Position numbers and translations under genes: made by a program. Under the pieces are notes generated by a model. The model was given only the letters and a program-made list of their open reading frames with translations, made no database searches and was not told the origin of the DNA. From NCBI GenBank assembly GCA_045638945.1, contig JAZUCF010000012.1, positions 74,086 to 138,085 on the forward strand: a stretch of 64,000 nt of DNA, given 5' to 3'. Positions 29,601 through 39,744 of the stretch are shown here, one piece after another. Numbering within the stretch: the first letter of the stretch is position 1; each line of letters begins with the position of its first letter. The DNA comes from Clostridia bacterium (lineage in GTDB: Bacteria > Bacillota > Clostridia > UMGS1883).

Positions 29601-30063
29601 CTTTTGCACGGTCAAATTCACCACTCATGAGTGCTTTGGGAATTTCTCCTGCAAGGCATGCGGAAAGAGCGATTAATCCTCCCTTATACTTTTTAAGAAT
29701 TTCCATATCAACTCTGGGTTTGTAATAAAAGCCTTCTACAAAGCCTGCGGAAACTATCTGAATCAGGTTATTATACCCCTGTGCACTCGTGCATAGTAAA
29801 ACAAGGTGATTTGTTTCGTTTTCTCCTCTGCCACCGCTTTTATCAAGACGGTCCTTTGTTGTATATACCTCGCAGCCTATGATGGGTTTAATTCCTTCAG
29901 CAACGCATGCTTTATAAAAATCAACAGCGCCGTACATAACACCATGGTCTGTAAGTGCAATCGAAGTTTGCCCAAGCTCCTTGGCTCTCTTGGGTAATTC
30001 CTTAATTCTGCTCATTCCGTCCAATAAGCTATATTCACTATGTACGTGTAAATGCGTAAACAT
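26665..30063 (-). CDS. dnaE: DNA polymerase III alpha subunit DnaE
   Basis: 1132 aa. N-terminal PHP domain MFTHLHVHSEYSLLDG. Polymerase core and C-terminal OB fold. Confidence 0.93.
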   Translation of the reverse strand: MFTHLHVHSEYSLLDGMSRIKELPKRAKELGQTSIALTDHGVMYGAVDFYKACVAEGIKPIIGCEVYTTKDRLDKSGGRGENETNHLVLLCTSAQGYNNLIQIVSAGFVEGFYYKPRVDMEILKKYKGGLIALSACLAGEIPKALMSGEFDRAKEVVNEYKELFDEFYLEIQDHGIEEQKKVNPLIVKLAKETNTPLVATNDVHYIEQKDAKFQDVLLCIQTGKTLDEENRMRFETEEFYLKSEEEMRELFKYAPEAIDNSGIIAEKCNFEFKFGERHLPSYNVPDGKDPYEYLKSLCLDGMKKRYDNPGSELFQRLDYELSVISQMGFVDYFLIVWDFINYAKSNSIPVGPGRGSAAGSIVSYTLGITDIEPTKYNLIFERFLNPERVSMPDIDIDFCPKRRGEVINYVIEKYGADNVSQIGTFGTMKARGAIRDCGRVLGMPYGDVDTIAKMVPMDLGMTLELALENPKLKQAYESSNEIRNLIDTAMAVEGLPRNIGTHAAGVVIAGNKVSSYVPVQRSEDIISTQYTKDTVEELGLLKMDFLGLRNLTVIEDTVNIAKSMGIDIDINNIDYNVPEVYQMISEGDTDGVFQLESGGMRAFMKRLEPRNIEDITAGIALYRPGPMDFIPAYIKNKTNPENITYKHPLLKNILEMTYGCIVYQEQVMQIVRTLAGFSMGRADEVRRAMSKKKAKEMQKARQSFIYGEDNEDGSIRYMGCVRNGIDEHTAQKIWEDMDAFAQYAFNKSHAAAYSLVTYQTAYLKCLYPAQFMASLISSVMDNANKVASYINNCTQNGIKILPPDINKSMADFSVEDNNIRFGLTTIKNVGDAFVRKCVKNRETNGNFRSVRDFVSRMISELNKRSVECLIKSGAFDSLPGSRAQKLEIFEEIIDSEARAGKNNIEGQFSFFGDESSKDDVFPENVHEYSKRELLNMEKEVAGIYLSGHPLDDYREDLEKMNYPHISEIIDEPNSSGYFDGSEVSVVGIISVRREKLTRSNTNMAFITLEDFTGSIETIVFPKVLTRLDSLLTENSIVMLHGRLDIKEDEGVKLLVDSATPFTGASDFLVISLRDELLLKIEQLKPILQKYPGSTPVAIESSYGLINLNGIYVKPGNELREKLNLVFSERIVK

Positions 30064-30080
30064 ATGTTATCCTCCAATGG

Positions 30081-30968
30081 CTATTTACTATTTGCCAAAT
30101 CTATAAGCTTACTAAGTCTGCGATTAACACTGCTTTTCGTCATTTTCGGCGACATTTTTTCTCCTATTCCCGATAAAGGCAGGTCAAAAAATTCCAGTCT
30201 TAGCTCTGCAAGCTGTTTTGTTTCTTCGTCTAATGTGTCCCATACGGGAAGTTTTTGTAGCTTTAATATTGCACTGCACTGGTTTGCTGATGCTGTTATT
30301 GCCTTATCAAGATTTGCCGCCTTACAATTTGAGGCACGATTGTTACGATTGTTGATATCTTTTTCTATTTGCGTCATCATCAGCTCCATCATAAGCTTAT
30401 GTGCTCCGACAATGTTTAAAAAATCACTTACGGATTCCTTATCCTTCAGGTAAGTGACAAAAGAATTATTTCTTTTAACCGTGTTTGCTTTAATATTAAA
30501 TGTTTCAAGGAATTCAGCGGCAAGGTATGACATGTTTTCGTTATAGGTGATAAGTTCGCAGGAGTAACCCTTGAGAGGATCAGTGATAGTACCGCTGATT
30601 ACAAAAGCTCCTCGTAAAAAAGCTCTTTTTGAGCTATCCTCCTCACAAACATCCTCATCAAATTCAATTTCACCATCATCAGTAAAGAAAACGCCTGCCT
30701 TCTCTGCGATGTTTTTGTTTATTTCTAACGAATAATTTTTTTTGCCTTTTATAACATCGATTGCTACTTCCAAAGCCGTAGCCCGCTTTATTATATATTG
30801 TATACGAGCGGCAGTATTTGCTTTATCGGTTTTAAAACACATCTTTTCATCATCGGCGTTTTCCCCGAAAAGAATCATAGCTGCAAGCTCTGCAATTGCT
30901 TCCTGCACATTAACCTTAACTTCACATAATTCGTCTTTTACCTCATGAGAGAACGTCTTACGGCTCAT
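30081..30968 (-). CDS. whiA: DNA-binding protein WhiA
   Basis: 295 aa from MSRKTFSHEVKDEL. LAGLIDADG-like N-terminal domains and a C-terminal HTH. The longer ORF would overlap rapZ by 49 nt. Confidence 0.85.
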   Translation of the reverse strand: MSRKTFSHEVKDELCEVKVNVQEAIAELAAMILFGENADDEKMCFKTDKANTAARIQYIIKRATALEVAIDVIKGKKNYSLEINKNIAEKAGVFFTDDGEIEFDEDVCEEDSSKRAFLRGAFVISGTITDPLKGYSCELITYNENMSYLAAEFLETFNIKANTVKRNNSFVTYLKDKESVSDFLNIVGAHKLMMELMMTQIEKDINNRNNRASNCKAANLDKAITASANQCSAILKLQKLPVWDTLDEETKQLAELRLEFFDLPLSGIGEKMSPKMTKSSVNRRLSKLIDLANSK

Positions 30969-30973
30969 AAACT

Positions 30974-31840
30974 TCAATCCCTTTGAATATCTCTGTGTCT
31001 GATAACAGTTTTTACATTGCACTTCTTTAAAAACTCTGCTGTTTTTTCAGCTATGGTAACACTTCTGTGCTTTCCGCCCGTACAACCTATTCCTATAACA
31101 AGCTCTGTTTTTCCTTCTTCAATATAATGCGGAATAAGCATTTTAATCATATCTTCAAGCTTTGTCAGAAATTCCTGAGTTTGTTTGTAATTCATAACAA
31201 AATCGGAAACCTCTTTTTCTGTTCCGTTATGAGCTTTAAGCTCAGGAACATAAAAAGGGTTCGGCAAAAAACGCACATCGAAAACCAAGTCAGCATCTCT
31301 CGGAATACCATACTTAAATCCGAAAGACTGAACCTGTACCATGAAATAGTCGCTGTTTTCTTCATTACCGAAAATATCACGAATCATTTGCTTAAGTTCT
31401 CTGGTAAGAAGCGGTGAAGTATCAATGATATGAGTTGCATGTCCACGAAGAAAAGAAAGCTTGTCTCGTTCAAGAAGTATACCCTCCTCAATACTTCCCT
31501 CGGGTGATAGCGGGTGCTTTCTTCTTGTTTCCTTGTATCTTTTTACAATCACGCTTTCGTTAGCTTCAAGAAAAAGAATCTCATAATTAATGTTATTTGC
31601 CACAAACGATTCTAACGCTGTATCTATTTCAAGTAAGGCGTCACCGCCGCGAATATCAACAACCACAGCCACATTCTCAAATTTTTCACTTTGTTCATTA
31701 CACATTTTTGCAAATGGAAGCAAAAATGCAACGGGCATATTATCAATACAGTAATATCCCATATCCTCCAAAGAATGCATTACCTGTGTTTTACCTGCAC
31801 CGCTCATTCCCGTAATAATGACAAATCTCAAAACATTCAC
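30974..31840 (-). CDS. rapZ: RNase adapter protein RapZ (YvcJ)
   Basis: 288 aa. Walker A GMSGAGKT. C-terminal CTGGKHRSV motif. Confidence 0.9.
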   Translation of the reverse strand: MNVLRFVIITGMSGAGKTQVMHSLEDMGYYCIDNMPVAFLLPFAKMCNEQSEKFENVAVVVDIRGGDALLEIDTALESFVANNINYEILFLEANESVIVKRYKETRRKHPLSPEGSIEEGILLERDKLSFLRGHATHIIDTSPLLTRELKQMIRDIFGNEENSDYFMVQVQSFGFKYGIPRDADLVFDVRFLPNPFYVPELKAHNGTEKEVSDFVMNYKQTQEFLTKLEDMIKMLIPHYIEEGKTELVIGIGCTGGKHRSVTIAEKTAEFLKKCNVKTVIRHRDIQRD

Positions 31841-31849
31841 CCCTTTGCG

Positions 31850-32743
31850 TTAATCCCAAAATTTCACTTCGGTTTCCAGAATTACATTATGCTTTTTGTA
31901 AACCTCTTCCTTAACGATATTTATAAGCTCTAAAATGTCAGATGTTTTAGCATTACCTGTGTTGATTATAAAACCTGAATGCTTTTCGCTGACTTGTGCA
32001 CCACCAACGCACTTTCCTTTAAGACCTGCTTCTTCTATCAATGCCCCTGCAAAGTATCCGGTAGGACGCTTAAAGGTGCTGCCTGCACTTGGATATTCAA
32101 GTGGCTGTTTTTCTCTCCTTTTAGCATTAAGCTCGCTCATTCTTGCCTCAATTTCTTTTTTATTTCCTTTTTTAAGCTTAATGGTAGCTCCTGTAATTAT
32201 GCAGTCCATATTAGAAAGCACACTGCTTCTGTAAGAAAACTCCATTTCATCTCCCGTTATTATATGCTCCTCGCCACATGGGTCGATAAAGCTTACCGCT
32301 TCAACAACATCTTTCATTTCCCCGCCGTAAGCCCCTGCATTCATAATAAGGGCACCGCCAAGAGTCCCCGGAATCCCTGCGGCAAATTCAAAGCCTGTCA
32401 AAGAAGCATCTGCCGCTTTTCTTGCTATCGAAGATAGAAATGCACCTGCGCGTGCAGTGATACAATCTTCAAAAATATCTACTGATGAAAAATTCTTTCC
32501 GAGGCAGATTACAGGGTCGTTTATTCCATCGTCGCTTACCAAAAGATTGCTCCCGTTTCCAAGTACATAATATTTCATCTTTGCATCAAAAAAGAATTTT
32601 ACAATTTCCTTTATTTCACTTACATTTCTGGGAAACAGAACTATCTTTGCATTGCCTCCTGTTCTGAAGGTTGTAAGCTGACTCATTGGTACATCCTGTT
32701 TAACAATGTTATTATCTATTACTTCCAAAAGCTTATTAATCAT
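31850..32743 (-). CDS. murB: UDP-N-acetylenolpyruvoylglucosamine reductase
   Basis: 297 aa. FAD-binding TFRTGG and GNGSNLL motifs. AGSTFKRP. Confidence 0.92.
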   Translation of the reverse strand: MINKLLEVIDNNIVKQDVPMSQLTTFRTGGNAKIVLFPRNVSEIKEIVKFFFDAKMKYYVLGNGSNLLVSDDGINDPVICLGKNFSSVDIFEDCITARAGAFLSSIARKAADASLTGFEFAAGIPGTLGGALIMNAGAYGGEMKDVVEAVSFIDPCGEEHIITGDEMEFSYRSSVLSNMDCIITGATIKLKKGNKKEIEARMSELNAKRREKQPLEYPSAGSTFKRPTGYFAGALIEEAGLKGKCVGGAQVSEKHSGFIINTGNAKTSDILELINIVKEEVYKKHNVILETEVKFWD

Positions 32744-32763
32744 ATCAGTGTTCCTTTCGAAAA

Positions 32764-33726
32764 TTAGAATAAATCATCGCTGGACATATCCTTCCCTTGC
32801 ATCTGTTTAATCAGTCTCTCATTCAGCTCCTCGGCGGCATTATACCCCATATTGCGCTGGCGATGATTCATTGCGGCAATTTCTATTATAACCGCAAGAT
32901 TTCTTCCCGGTCTTACAGGGACTGTAAGACTCGGCACGTTGATTCCAAGAATATTAGTCACCTGGGTGTCAAGTCCAAGTCTTTCGTAAGTTTTTCCTTG
33001 TTGCCATATTTCAAGATTAATTACAAGGTTTATATTCTCTGTATTTTTTACGGCACCCATACCGAAAATTTTCTTAACGTCAATTATACCGATGCCTCTT
33101 AGCTCAATAAAATGGCGGATAATTTCAGGGGAACTTCCAACCAGAGTCTTAGCCGAAACTCTTCTGATGTCAACTGCATCATCGGCAACAAGACGGTGTC
33201 CGCGTTTTATAAGTTCAACAGCAGTTTCGCTTTTTCCTACTCCGCTCTCTCCTAAAAGGAGCACACCCTCACCGTAGACCTCCACAAGTACACCGTGGCG
33301 AGTGATTGAAGGTGCCAAAGAAAGATTCAACGAAGCAATCAGCGCTGCCATGAATGATGAGGTGCTTTCTTCAGTTCTCATCAGCGGCACATTAAACTTT
33401 TTTGCAGCCTCAAGAAGCTCTGACGGCACATCTAAACCACGGGTAACAACTGCCGCAGGAATCCCTTTTGACATAAGATTTTCATAAGCTGATTTTCTCT
33501 CCTCGGAACACTTCTCCATCATATAGAAGTGTTCAACTTTACCGAGAATCTGAATTCGTTCACTATCAAAATAATCAAAATACCCTTCGCTTAATTGTAT
33601 TCCGGGTCTGTGTACGTCACTGCTTTTAAGCGTAATCTCATCAAGATTTTCCGGTGCAAAAATAACTTCCAGATGGAACTCATTAATAATTTTTGTTAAT
33701 TTAACACTGCCACGATGACCTTCCAT
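32764..33726 (-). CDS. hprK: HPr kinase/phosphorylase
   Basis: 320 aa. P-loop GESGVGKSE followed by LVADD. Confidence 0.92.
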   Translation of the reverse strand: MEGHRGSVKLTKIINEFHLEVIFAPENLDEITLKSSDVHRPGIQLSEGYFDYFDSERIQILGKVEHFYMMEKCSEERKSAYENLMSKGIPAAVVTRGLDVPSELLEAAKKFNVPLMRTEESTSSFMAALIASLNLSLAPSITRHGVLVEVYGEGVLLLGESGVGKSETAVELIKRGHRLVADDAVDIRRVSAKTLVGSSPEIIRHFIELRGIGIIDVKKIFGMGAVKNTENINLVINLEIWQQGKTYERLGLDTQVTNILGINVPSLTVPVRPGRNLAVIIEIAAMNHRQRNMGYNAAEELNERLIKQMQGKDMSSDDLF

Positions 33727-33737
33727 TTGTATTCCTC

Positions 33738-34799
33738 CTAATTTTTCAGGCGTTCACTTTGAAAATGCGTAATTAATGAATCGATAATTTCGTCAATTTC
33801 GCCATTCATTATAGACTCAATTTTGTATAAAGTAAGATTGATTCTGTGGTCGCTTACTCTCCCCTGAGGGAAGTTATATGTTCTGATTCTTTCGCTTCTG
33901 TCTCCGCTTCCGACCTGACTTTTTCTCTCTTTGCTGATTGCATCATTTCTCTGTGCTTCCATATGTTCATAAAGTCTGCTTCGAAGCACTTTCAATGCTT
34001 TATCCTTGTTTTTGTGCTGACTTTTCTCGTCCTGACACGAAACAACCAATCCCGTAGGTATATGGGTAATTCTTACGGCGCTGTCAGTTGTATTAACGCA
34101 CTGACCTCCGGGGCCTCCTGCACGGAAAACATCTATTCTTAAATCATTTGGATTTATATCAAGCTCGACCTCTTCAACCTCAGGCAACACAGCTACTGTT
34201 GCGGCACTGGTATGGATGCGACCTCCTGATTCGGTTTCAGGAACACGCTGAACCCGGTGTACGCCGCTTTCGTATTTTAAACGGCTGTAAGCTCCCTGTC
34301 CCTCAACTGTAAAGGTGATTTCCTTGTAACCTCCCAATTCAGTAGCATTGGAGTTCATGATATCAATTTTCCAGTTTTTATTTTCAGCATACATACTGTA
34401 CATTCTGAATAACGAGCCTGCAAAAAGTGCCGCCTCATCCCCGCCTGTTCCGCCTCGGATTTCAACAATAACATTCTTTTCGTCGTTGGGATCTTTGGGG
34501 AGAAGAAGTATTTTTAATTCTTCCTCAATTACGGAAATTTTTTCATTGTTTTCATCAATCTCAGAAAGAAGCATTTCTTCAAAGTCCTTTTCGGGATTAT
34601 CCTGAAGCATTTCTTTTGCTTCATCAATGGCTTTTACAGCCTCCTTATACTCACGATATTTCTCAACGATTGGAGTTATGTCAGAGCTTTCCTTGCAAAG
34701 CTTTCTCCATTGATTCTGATCTGCAATTATTTCGGGGTCGCTTATTTTTTGTGAAAGCTCCTCATATTTTTCTTCTATAAATGCTAATTTTTCGAACAT
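33738..34799 (-). CDS. prfA: peptide chain release factor 1
   Basis: 353 aa. GGQ motif (GPGGQCVN) and PET tripeptide (RF1-type PxT). Confidence 0.93.
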   Translation of the reverse strand: MFEKLAFIEEKYEELSQKISDPEIIADQNQWRKLCKESSDITPIVEKYREYKEAVKAIDEAKEMLQDNPEKDFEEMLLSEIDENNEKISVIEEELKILLLPKDPNDEKNVIVEIRGGTGGDEAALFAGSLFRMYSMYAENKNWKIDIMNSNATELGGYKEITFTVEGQGAYSRLKYESGVHRVQRVPETESGGRIHTSAATVAVLPEVEEVELDINPNDLRIDVFRAGGPGGQCVNTTDSAVRITHIPTGLVVSCQDEKSQHKNKDKALKVLRSRLYEHMEAQRNDAISKERKSQVGSGDRSERIRTYNFPQGRVSDHRINLTLYKIESIMNGEIDEIIDSLITHFQSERLKN

Positions 34800-34812
34800 G
34801 ATATGCTCCTTT

Positions 34813-35679
34813 TTAGTTCTCTCTGTTTAATAAATATAGTGCAAATTCCCTCAAAAATTCCCCTTTGCTGCCTAAAAAGCTTATTGATTCCAATGCTTTA
34901 TCGGTTTCTTGTGCCAATTTGCGTTTTGCACCGTCAATACCATAAAGAGAAACATAGGTGGTTTTATTATTTTTCTCATCACTGTGTATCGGTTTGCCGA
35001 AAGTTTCAACATTGCCCTCAACATCAAGAATATCGTCTCTTATCTGGAAAGCAAGACCAACAGACTCTGCATACACGTCAAATAAATCAAGTGGCGTACC
35101 TGCTGAAATTGCACCTACACGTGATGCCGCCTTAATGAGAGCACCTGTCTTCTTTTTATGAAGAATTTTGAGTTCATCTTCAGTAATTTTTTTGTTTTCT
35201 GAACGAATGTCGAGTACCTGTCCGCCTATCATCCCAAGGCATCCCGATGCTTCAAAAATTTCTTTTATTGCCAAAAGCTTCATTTCGTCATTTCCTGCAT
35301 TTGAATTTATTATGCTTTCACAAGCAAAATTCAGAAGCGCATCCCCTGCAAGAACTGCCATGTTTTCGCCGAATACAATATGATTTGTAGGTTTGCCACG
35401 TCTTAAATCATCATTGTCCATACAAGGAAGGTCATCGTGAATCAATGAGTAGGTATGAATCATTTCAATTGCACTGCCATAACAAAGGGCTGCATCAAAA
35501 TCCCCGTTTAGAGAATCGGAAACTGCCAATGACAAAATAGGTCTGATTCGCTTGCCTCCTGCGTACAGGCTGTAACGCATTGCATCATATATTTCCCCCT
35601 GTTGTGCATCGAGCAAGGAATGAAGATAGTTATTAACACTATTTAAATATAAGTCAAACTGCTCATTAAAATTCATCAT
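34813..35679 (-). CDS. ispA: polyprenyl (farnesyl/geranylgeranyl) diphosphate synthase
   Basis: 288 aa. First DDxxD ([15 protein letters not shown]) and second (RDDILD) motifs. Confidence 0.88.
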   Translation of the reverse strand: MMNFNEQFDLYLNSVNNYLHSLLDAQQGEIYDAMRYSLYAGGKRIRPILSLAVSDSLNGDFDAALCYGSAIEMIHTYSLIHDDLPCMDNDDLRRGKPTNHIVFGENMAVLAGDALLNFACESIINSNAGNDEMKLLAIKEIFEASGCLGMIGGQVLDIRSENKKITEDELKILHKKKTGALIKAASRVGAISAGTPLDLFDVYAESVGLAFQIRDDILDVEGNVETFGKPIHSDEKNNKTTYVSLYGIDGAKRKLAQETDKALESISFLGSKGEFLREFALYLLNREN

Positions 35680-35888
35680 ATGTTCTCCGTATCAAATTCA
35701 ACTTCACTGTCATTTTCTGCAATCAGCTTTGTTACTTTAAGCTGTGCTTCATTTAAAAGCTTCTGGCACGTTCTTGTCAAAGAAACTCCTTTTTCAAAAA
35801 GAGCCATTGAGTCTTCAAGACTTGTTTCTCCGCTCTCAAGCTGTTTAACGGTTTCTTCAAGTTCTTTCATTGCTTCTTCAAATTTCAT
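35676..35888 (-). CDS. xseB: exodeoxyribonuclease VII small subunit
   Basis: 70 aa. FEEAMKELEETVKQLE pattern. Overlaps both xseA and ispA. Confidence 0.9.
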   Translation of the reverse strand: MKFEEAMKELEETVKQLESGETSLEDSMALFEKGVSLTRTCQKLLNEAQLKVTKLIAENDSEVEFDTENI

Positions 35889-37102
35889 TCTTTGCTCCTC
35901 CTTTCGGTGACGTTACAATCAAGTTCACCGTCGGTTAGTTTTACGGTAAGTGTTTCGCCAATACTGATATCTTTAATACTATTAAGTAGCTTTCCATCCT
36001 TTTGTGCGGCACAGTATCCTCTTTCGAAAACGGAAAGTGGGCTGAGTGTTGAAAGCTTTCCGCATAGTGCAGAAAACTTTTTTTCATTAAGTTCAACCCG
36101 GTTTTTGTAAGAAAGCGTAATTCGCTCATACATTGCATCAATCGTTTGTTCTTTTTCGGTAAGTCTTCTCGGAAAGTTCACAAGTCCGCTGCTTTTGGAT
36201 AATAATTCGAGCTGCTTTATCTGCATGGATAATTTATTTTTAAGCAAGGAAGCCATACGGCTGTGAGATGAATTAAGAAAATTTTTAACCTCAAAAACAT
36301 CGGGAACAGCAAGCTCCGCTGCTGCAGAAGGTGTGGGAGCACGTAAATCGGCAACAAAATCGCTGATGGTAAAGTCAACCTCGTGACCGACTGCGGATAT
36401 TACGGGAATTTCCGATGCGGCGATTGCACGGGCAGTTATTTCCTCGTTAAAAGCCCATAAATCCTCAATGGAGCCACCGCCTCTACCTGCAATTATAACA
36501 TCTGTTTTACGCTTTGAATTAAAGTATTCAATACCACTTACAATACTTTGTGCCGCATTTTCACCTTGAACAAGGCACGGGTAAATGATAACCTTAACCA
36601 TCGGGAAACGCCGTCTCAAAACATTAATCATATCTCTGATGGCCGCACCTGTAGGACTTGTTACAATACCGATTGTTTCAGGGAATTTCGGAATCTTTTT
36701 CTTTCTACTCTCATCAAAAAGACCTTCCTCCATAAGCTTCTTTTTTAAAGCTTCAAAGCGTGCATACAGGTCCCCTTTTCCCTCCTGCTCCATTTCTTCA
36801 ATGTACATCTGGTATTGACCGCCTGCTTCATACACGCTTATTCTTCCGCGTGCAAGTACCTTCGTTCCGTCAACAGGCTTAAAATTAAGAGATGCCGCAC
36901 TGTTTCTGAACATTACTGCTTTTAAAACAGCACCCTCATCCTTGAGAGTTAGATAAATGTGTCCCGAGGAATGAATCTTACAATTGCTTAGTTCGCCTTT
37001 TATCCATATACTTTGCAGGACAGGTACTTTATCCAGAACAGCCTTTATGTAGTTATTAATTTGAGTAACGGTAGCAATTCTGCGTCCATCATTCATAATC
37101 AA
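35885..37102 (-). CDS. xseA: exodeoxyribonuclease VII large subunit
   Basis: 405 aa. N-terminal OB fold, central catalytic domain (GRGGGSIEDLWAFN), coiled-coil tail. Confidence 0.92.
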   Translation of the reverse strand: MIMNDGRRIATVTQINNYIKAVLDKVPVLQSIWIKGELSNCKIHSSGHIYLTLKDEGAVLKAVMFRNSAASLNFKPVDGTKVLARGRISVYEAGGQYQMYIEEMEQEGKGDLYARFEALKKKLMEEGLFDESRKKKIPKFPETIGIVTSPTGAAIRDMINVLRRRFPMVKVIIYPCLVQGENAAQSIVSGIEYFNSKRKTDVIIAGRGGGSIEDLWAFNEEITARAIAASEIPVISAVGHEVDFTISDFVADLRAPTPSAAAELAVPDVFEVKNFLNSSHSRMASLLKNKLSMQIKQLELLSKSSGLVNFPRRLTEKEQTIDAMYERITLSYKNRVELNEKKFSALCGKLSTLSPLSVFERGYCAAQKDGKLLNSIKDISIGETLTVKLTDGELDCNVTERRSKE

Positions 37103-37112
37103 CTTTTTCCCT

Positions 37113-37559
37113 TCAATTTTTATCTATGTTGTCAAGGAGTGTACCCAATACACCGTTTACAAACGACGCAGATTCCTTGCCTGCATATTTTTTCGCAAGT
37201 GTTATCGCTTCATTTACCGAAACCTTGTTTGGTATATCTTCCATATAGTAAATTTCATAAACTGCAAGCTGCAAAATTGCCAAATTAACCTTTGCAATAC
37301 GTGTAATGGTCCAGTCCTTTAAAGTAGGCATAATTATGGCATTGAGCTCAGTTTCTTTTTCTTCAATGCCAGTTACAAGCTCTTTTATATATGCTCTGTT
37401 AGCGGCATTTATAAACTCCTGTGCCCACATTTCATTTTTTTTGTCAACAGTATCAAACAAATAATTTACGGCTTCATCTGCCGAAACCTTTGTAACTGCC
37501 ATTTCAAATACAAGTTTAAACGCATCCTCACGGGCTAAAGCTCTGCTCATACTTAACAT
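37113..37559 (-). CDS. nusB: transcription antitermination factor NusB
   Basis: 148 aa, all-helical NusB pattern (AREDAFKLVFEM...). Confidence 0.88.
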   Translation of the reverse strand: MLSMSRALAREDAFKLVFEMAVTKVSADEAVNYLFDTVDKKNEMWAQEFINAANRAYIKELVTGIEEKETELNAIIMPTLKDWTITRIAKVNLAILQLAVYEIYYMEDIPNKVSVNEAITLAKKYAGKESASFVNGVLGTLLDNIDKN

Positions 37560-37575
37560 CCTTTCGAAGTCATCT

Positions 37576-38592
37576 TTATAGTGCTAAAATATCTCCAACG
37601 GTTACATACAAGGCAAGCACCATCAGGAGAACAAATCCGATTACGCTCGCATAACCGACAATTTCACTTTTAACTTTTTTTCTTGTAATTAATTCATACA
37701 GTGCAAAAATTATACTTCCGCCATCAAGTGCAGGAAAAGGCAGTAAGTTAAATATTCCGAGATTCACGCTAATCATAGCAAAAAGCAGCAATATCATTAT
37801 TAATCTCGTTTCGCCCTGTGTCTGCTCTGTTACCTGACCGACTGCACCTACTATCTCAACCGGTCCTGATAAGTTATTAATATCTTCCTTTCCCGTAATT
37901 AAATCCCCTACGGCAAAGTATACTGCTTTTGTAACATTGACGGTATCATAAAGGGCAAACTGTGCACTTTCGAAAACTCCTGCCTTTTTCGTGTTAAACA
38001 TTACACCGAGTTTATATCCGTTTCGGGTTTCGTGCAATTTAAAATCTTCAACGGTAAACTCTTTTCCGTCTCTTTCTATTGTTATATCTATTGTTTTTGA
38101 GTTGTTGCGGCTCATAAAAAGAGATACATCATCCATGGTGTGCACATTTGTGCCGTCAAGCTCGGTAATTTCATCCCCAACGGAAAATATTTCCTTATTT
38201 GTGGGAAATTCTTCAGGAATACCGCCGATTACTGTTGGTTGAATACCTACCTTTAAATTAATTACAGTAAAAATAAGTATTCCCAGTAATATGTTCATAA
38301 GGGCACCCGAAACAAGCACAATAATTCTCTTAAACGGAGGAAGGTTCGAAAAAGAACGTGGATTTGTGTTTTCCTCAACATCGTTCTCCCCCTCCAGCTT
38401 TACATAACCGCCAAGAGGTAAAAGGCGAAGTGAATATTTTGTTTCCCCTTTTCCAAAGGAAAATATCTTTGGACCCATTCCGATTGCAAATTCATGAACA
38501 AGCACTCCAAAACTCTTCGCTGTCAAAAAATGGCCGAGTTCATGTAAAAAAACCATTATGCCAAAACCTATTATAGTAATTAAAATTGACAA
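37576..38592 (-). CDS. rseP: RIP metalloprotease RseP/RasP (site-2 protease, single PDZ)
   Basis: HELGH zinc motif in TM1, PDZ region, C-terminal NLLPFPALDG motif. Confidence 0.9.
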   Translation of the reverse strand: MSILITIIGFGIMVFLHELGHFLTAKSFGVLVHEFAIGMGPKIFSFGKGETKYSLRLLPLGGYVKLEGENDVEENTNPRSFSNLPPFKRIIVLVSGALMNILLGILIFTVINLKVGIQPTVIGGIPEEFPTNKEIFSVGDEITELDGTNVHTMDDVSLFMSRNNSKTIDITIERDGKEFTVEDFKLHETRNGYKLGVMFNTKKAGVFESAQFALYDTVNVTKAVYFAVGDLITGKEDINNLSGPVEIVGAVGQVTEQTQGETRLIMILLLFAMISVNLGIFNLLPFPALDGGSIIFALYELITRKKVKSEIVGYASVIGFVLLMVLALYVTVGDILAL

Positions 38593-39732
38593 TCAGCAAC
38601 ATTCCTTTACAATTTTTCTGGCAAGCTCATCTGCCTTATAAATATCTTCAAGCGACGGATTTTGTATAATCGGACACTTATCCATAGCTTTTGCAATTAA
38701 CTCGGTAATATCAAGAAATTTACATTTTTCATTAAGAAAAAGTTCCACCGCAGCCTCGTTTGCTCCATTGTATACTGCACACATAGTGCCGCCTGCTTTC
38801 GCTGCATTTTTTGCCAGCATAACCGCAGGAAAGGTATCATTATCAATATCATGAAATGTAAGCTTATTAACACTGACAAGGTCAAGAGCTTCACACACAG
38901 GCACGGTTCTTTTCGGGTAGGACAGTGCATAGCTTATGGGCAATTTCATATCGGGAACACCTAACTGGGCAATCACACTTCCGTCGCAAAATTCAACCAT
39001 TGAATGTACAATACTTTCTCGGTGTACAATGGGCTCAATATCCTCTACAGAAAGCCCGAAAAGATGCATTGCCTCAATAATCTCAAGACCTTTATTGACA
39101 AGCGTCGCACTATCCGTCGTTATCTTAGCACCCATACTCCAATTCGGGTGTTTAAGTGCCATTTGGGGAGTGATATTTTCCAAATCTTTGCGTGTTTTTC
39201 CGAAAAAAGGTCCTCCCGAAGCAGTAATTATAATTCTCTTCAGATATTTCCTTTGATTTGATATTGACTGAAATATAGCACTGTGTTCACTGTCAACGGG
39301 AATAATTTCACAGCCGTTCTTCTTAGCTGCTTCCATTACAATATGACCAGCAGTAACCAAAGTTTCTTTATTCGCTAAGGCAATTCGTTTTTTAGCGGCA
39401 ATCGCACTCATTGTAGGCTTTAGTCCTGCAATTCCGACAATGGCAGTAACAACACTCTCCACTTCATCCAAAGAGGCACATTCACAAGCACCCTCAATAC
39501 CGCTAAGCACTTTTACAGAGGTATCTGCAACACGTGTTTTCAGGTCTGATGCTGATTTTTCATCAGTCATTGCTACCACTGTGGGCTTGTATTTCCTGAT
39601 TTGATTTTCCAAAAGCTTTACATTTTTGTGTGCAGTCAAAGCACAGACCTTATATTCGCCTGTAATATCAACCACGTCTAATGTTTGTGTGCCGATTGAC
39701 CCGCTCGAACCAAGTATAGAAATCTTCTTCAT
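38593..39732 (-). CDS. dxr: 1-deoxy-D-xylulose 5-phosphate reductoisomerase
   Basis: 379 aa. GSSGSIGTQTLDV NADPH motif. Confidence 0.93.
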   Translation of the reverse strand: MKKISILGSSGSIGTQTLDVVDITGEYKVCALTAHKNVKLLENQIRKYKPTVVAMTDEKSASDLKTRVADTSVKVLSGIEGACECASLDEVESVVTAIVGIAGLKPTMSAIAAKKRIALANKETLVTAGHIVMEAAKKNGCEIIPVDSEHSAIFQSISNQRKYLKRIIITASGGPFFGKTRKDLENITPQMALKHPNWSMGAKITTDSATLVNKGLEIIEAMHLFGLSVEDIEPIVHRESIVHSMVEFCDGSVIAQLGVPDMKLPISYALSYPKRTVPVCEALDLVSVNKLTFHDIDNDTFPAVMLAKNAAKAGGTMCAVYNGANEAAVELFLNEKCKFLDITELIAKAMDKCPIIQNPSLEDIYKADELARKIVKECC

Positions 39733-39744
39733 AATTTAACCTGC

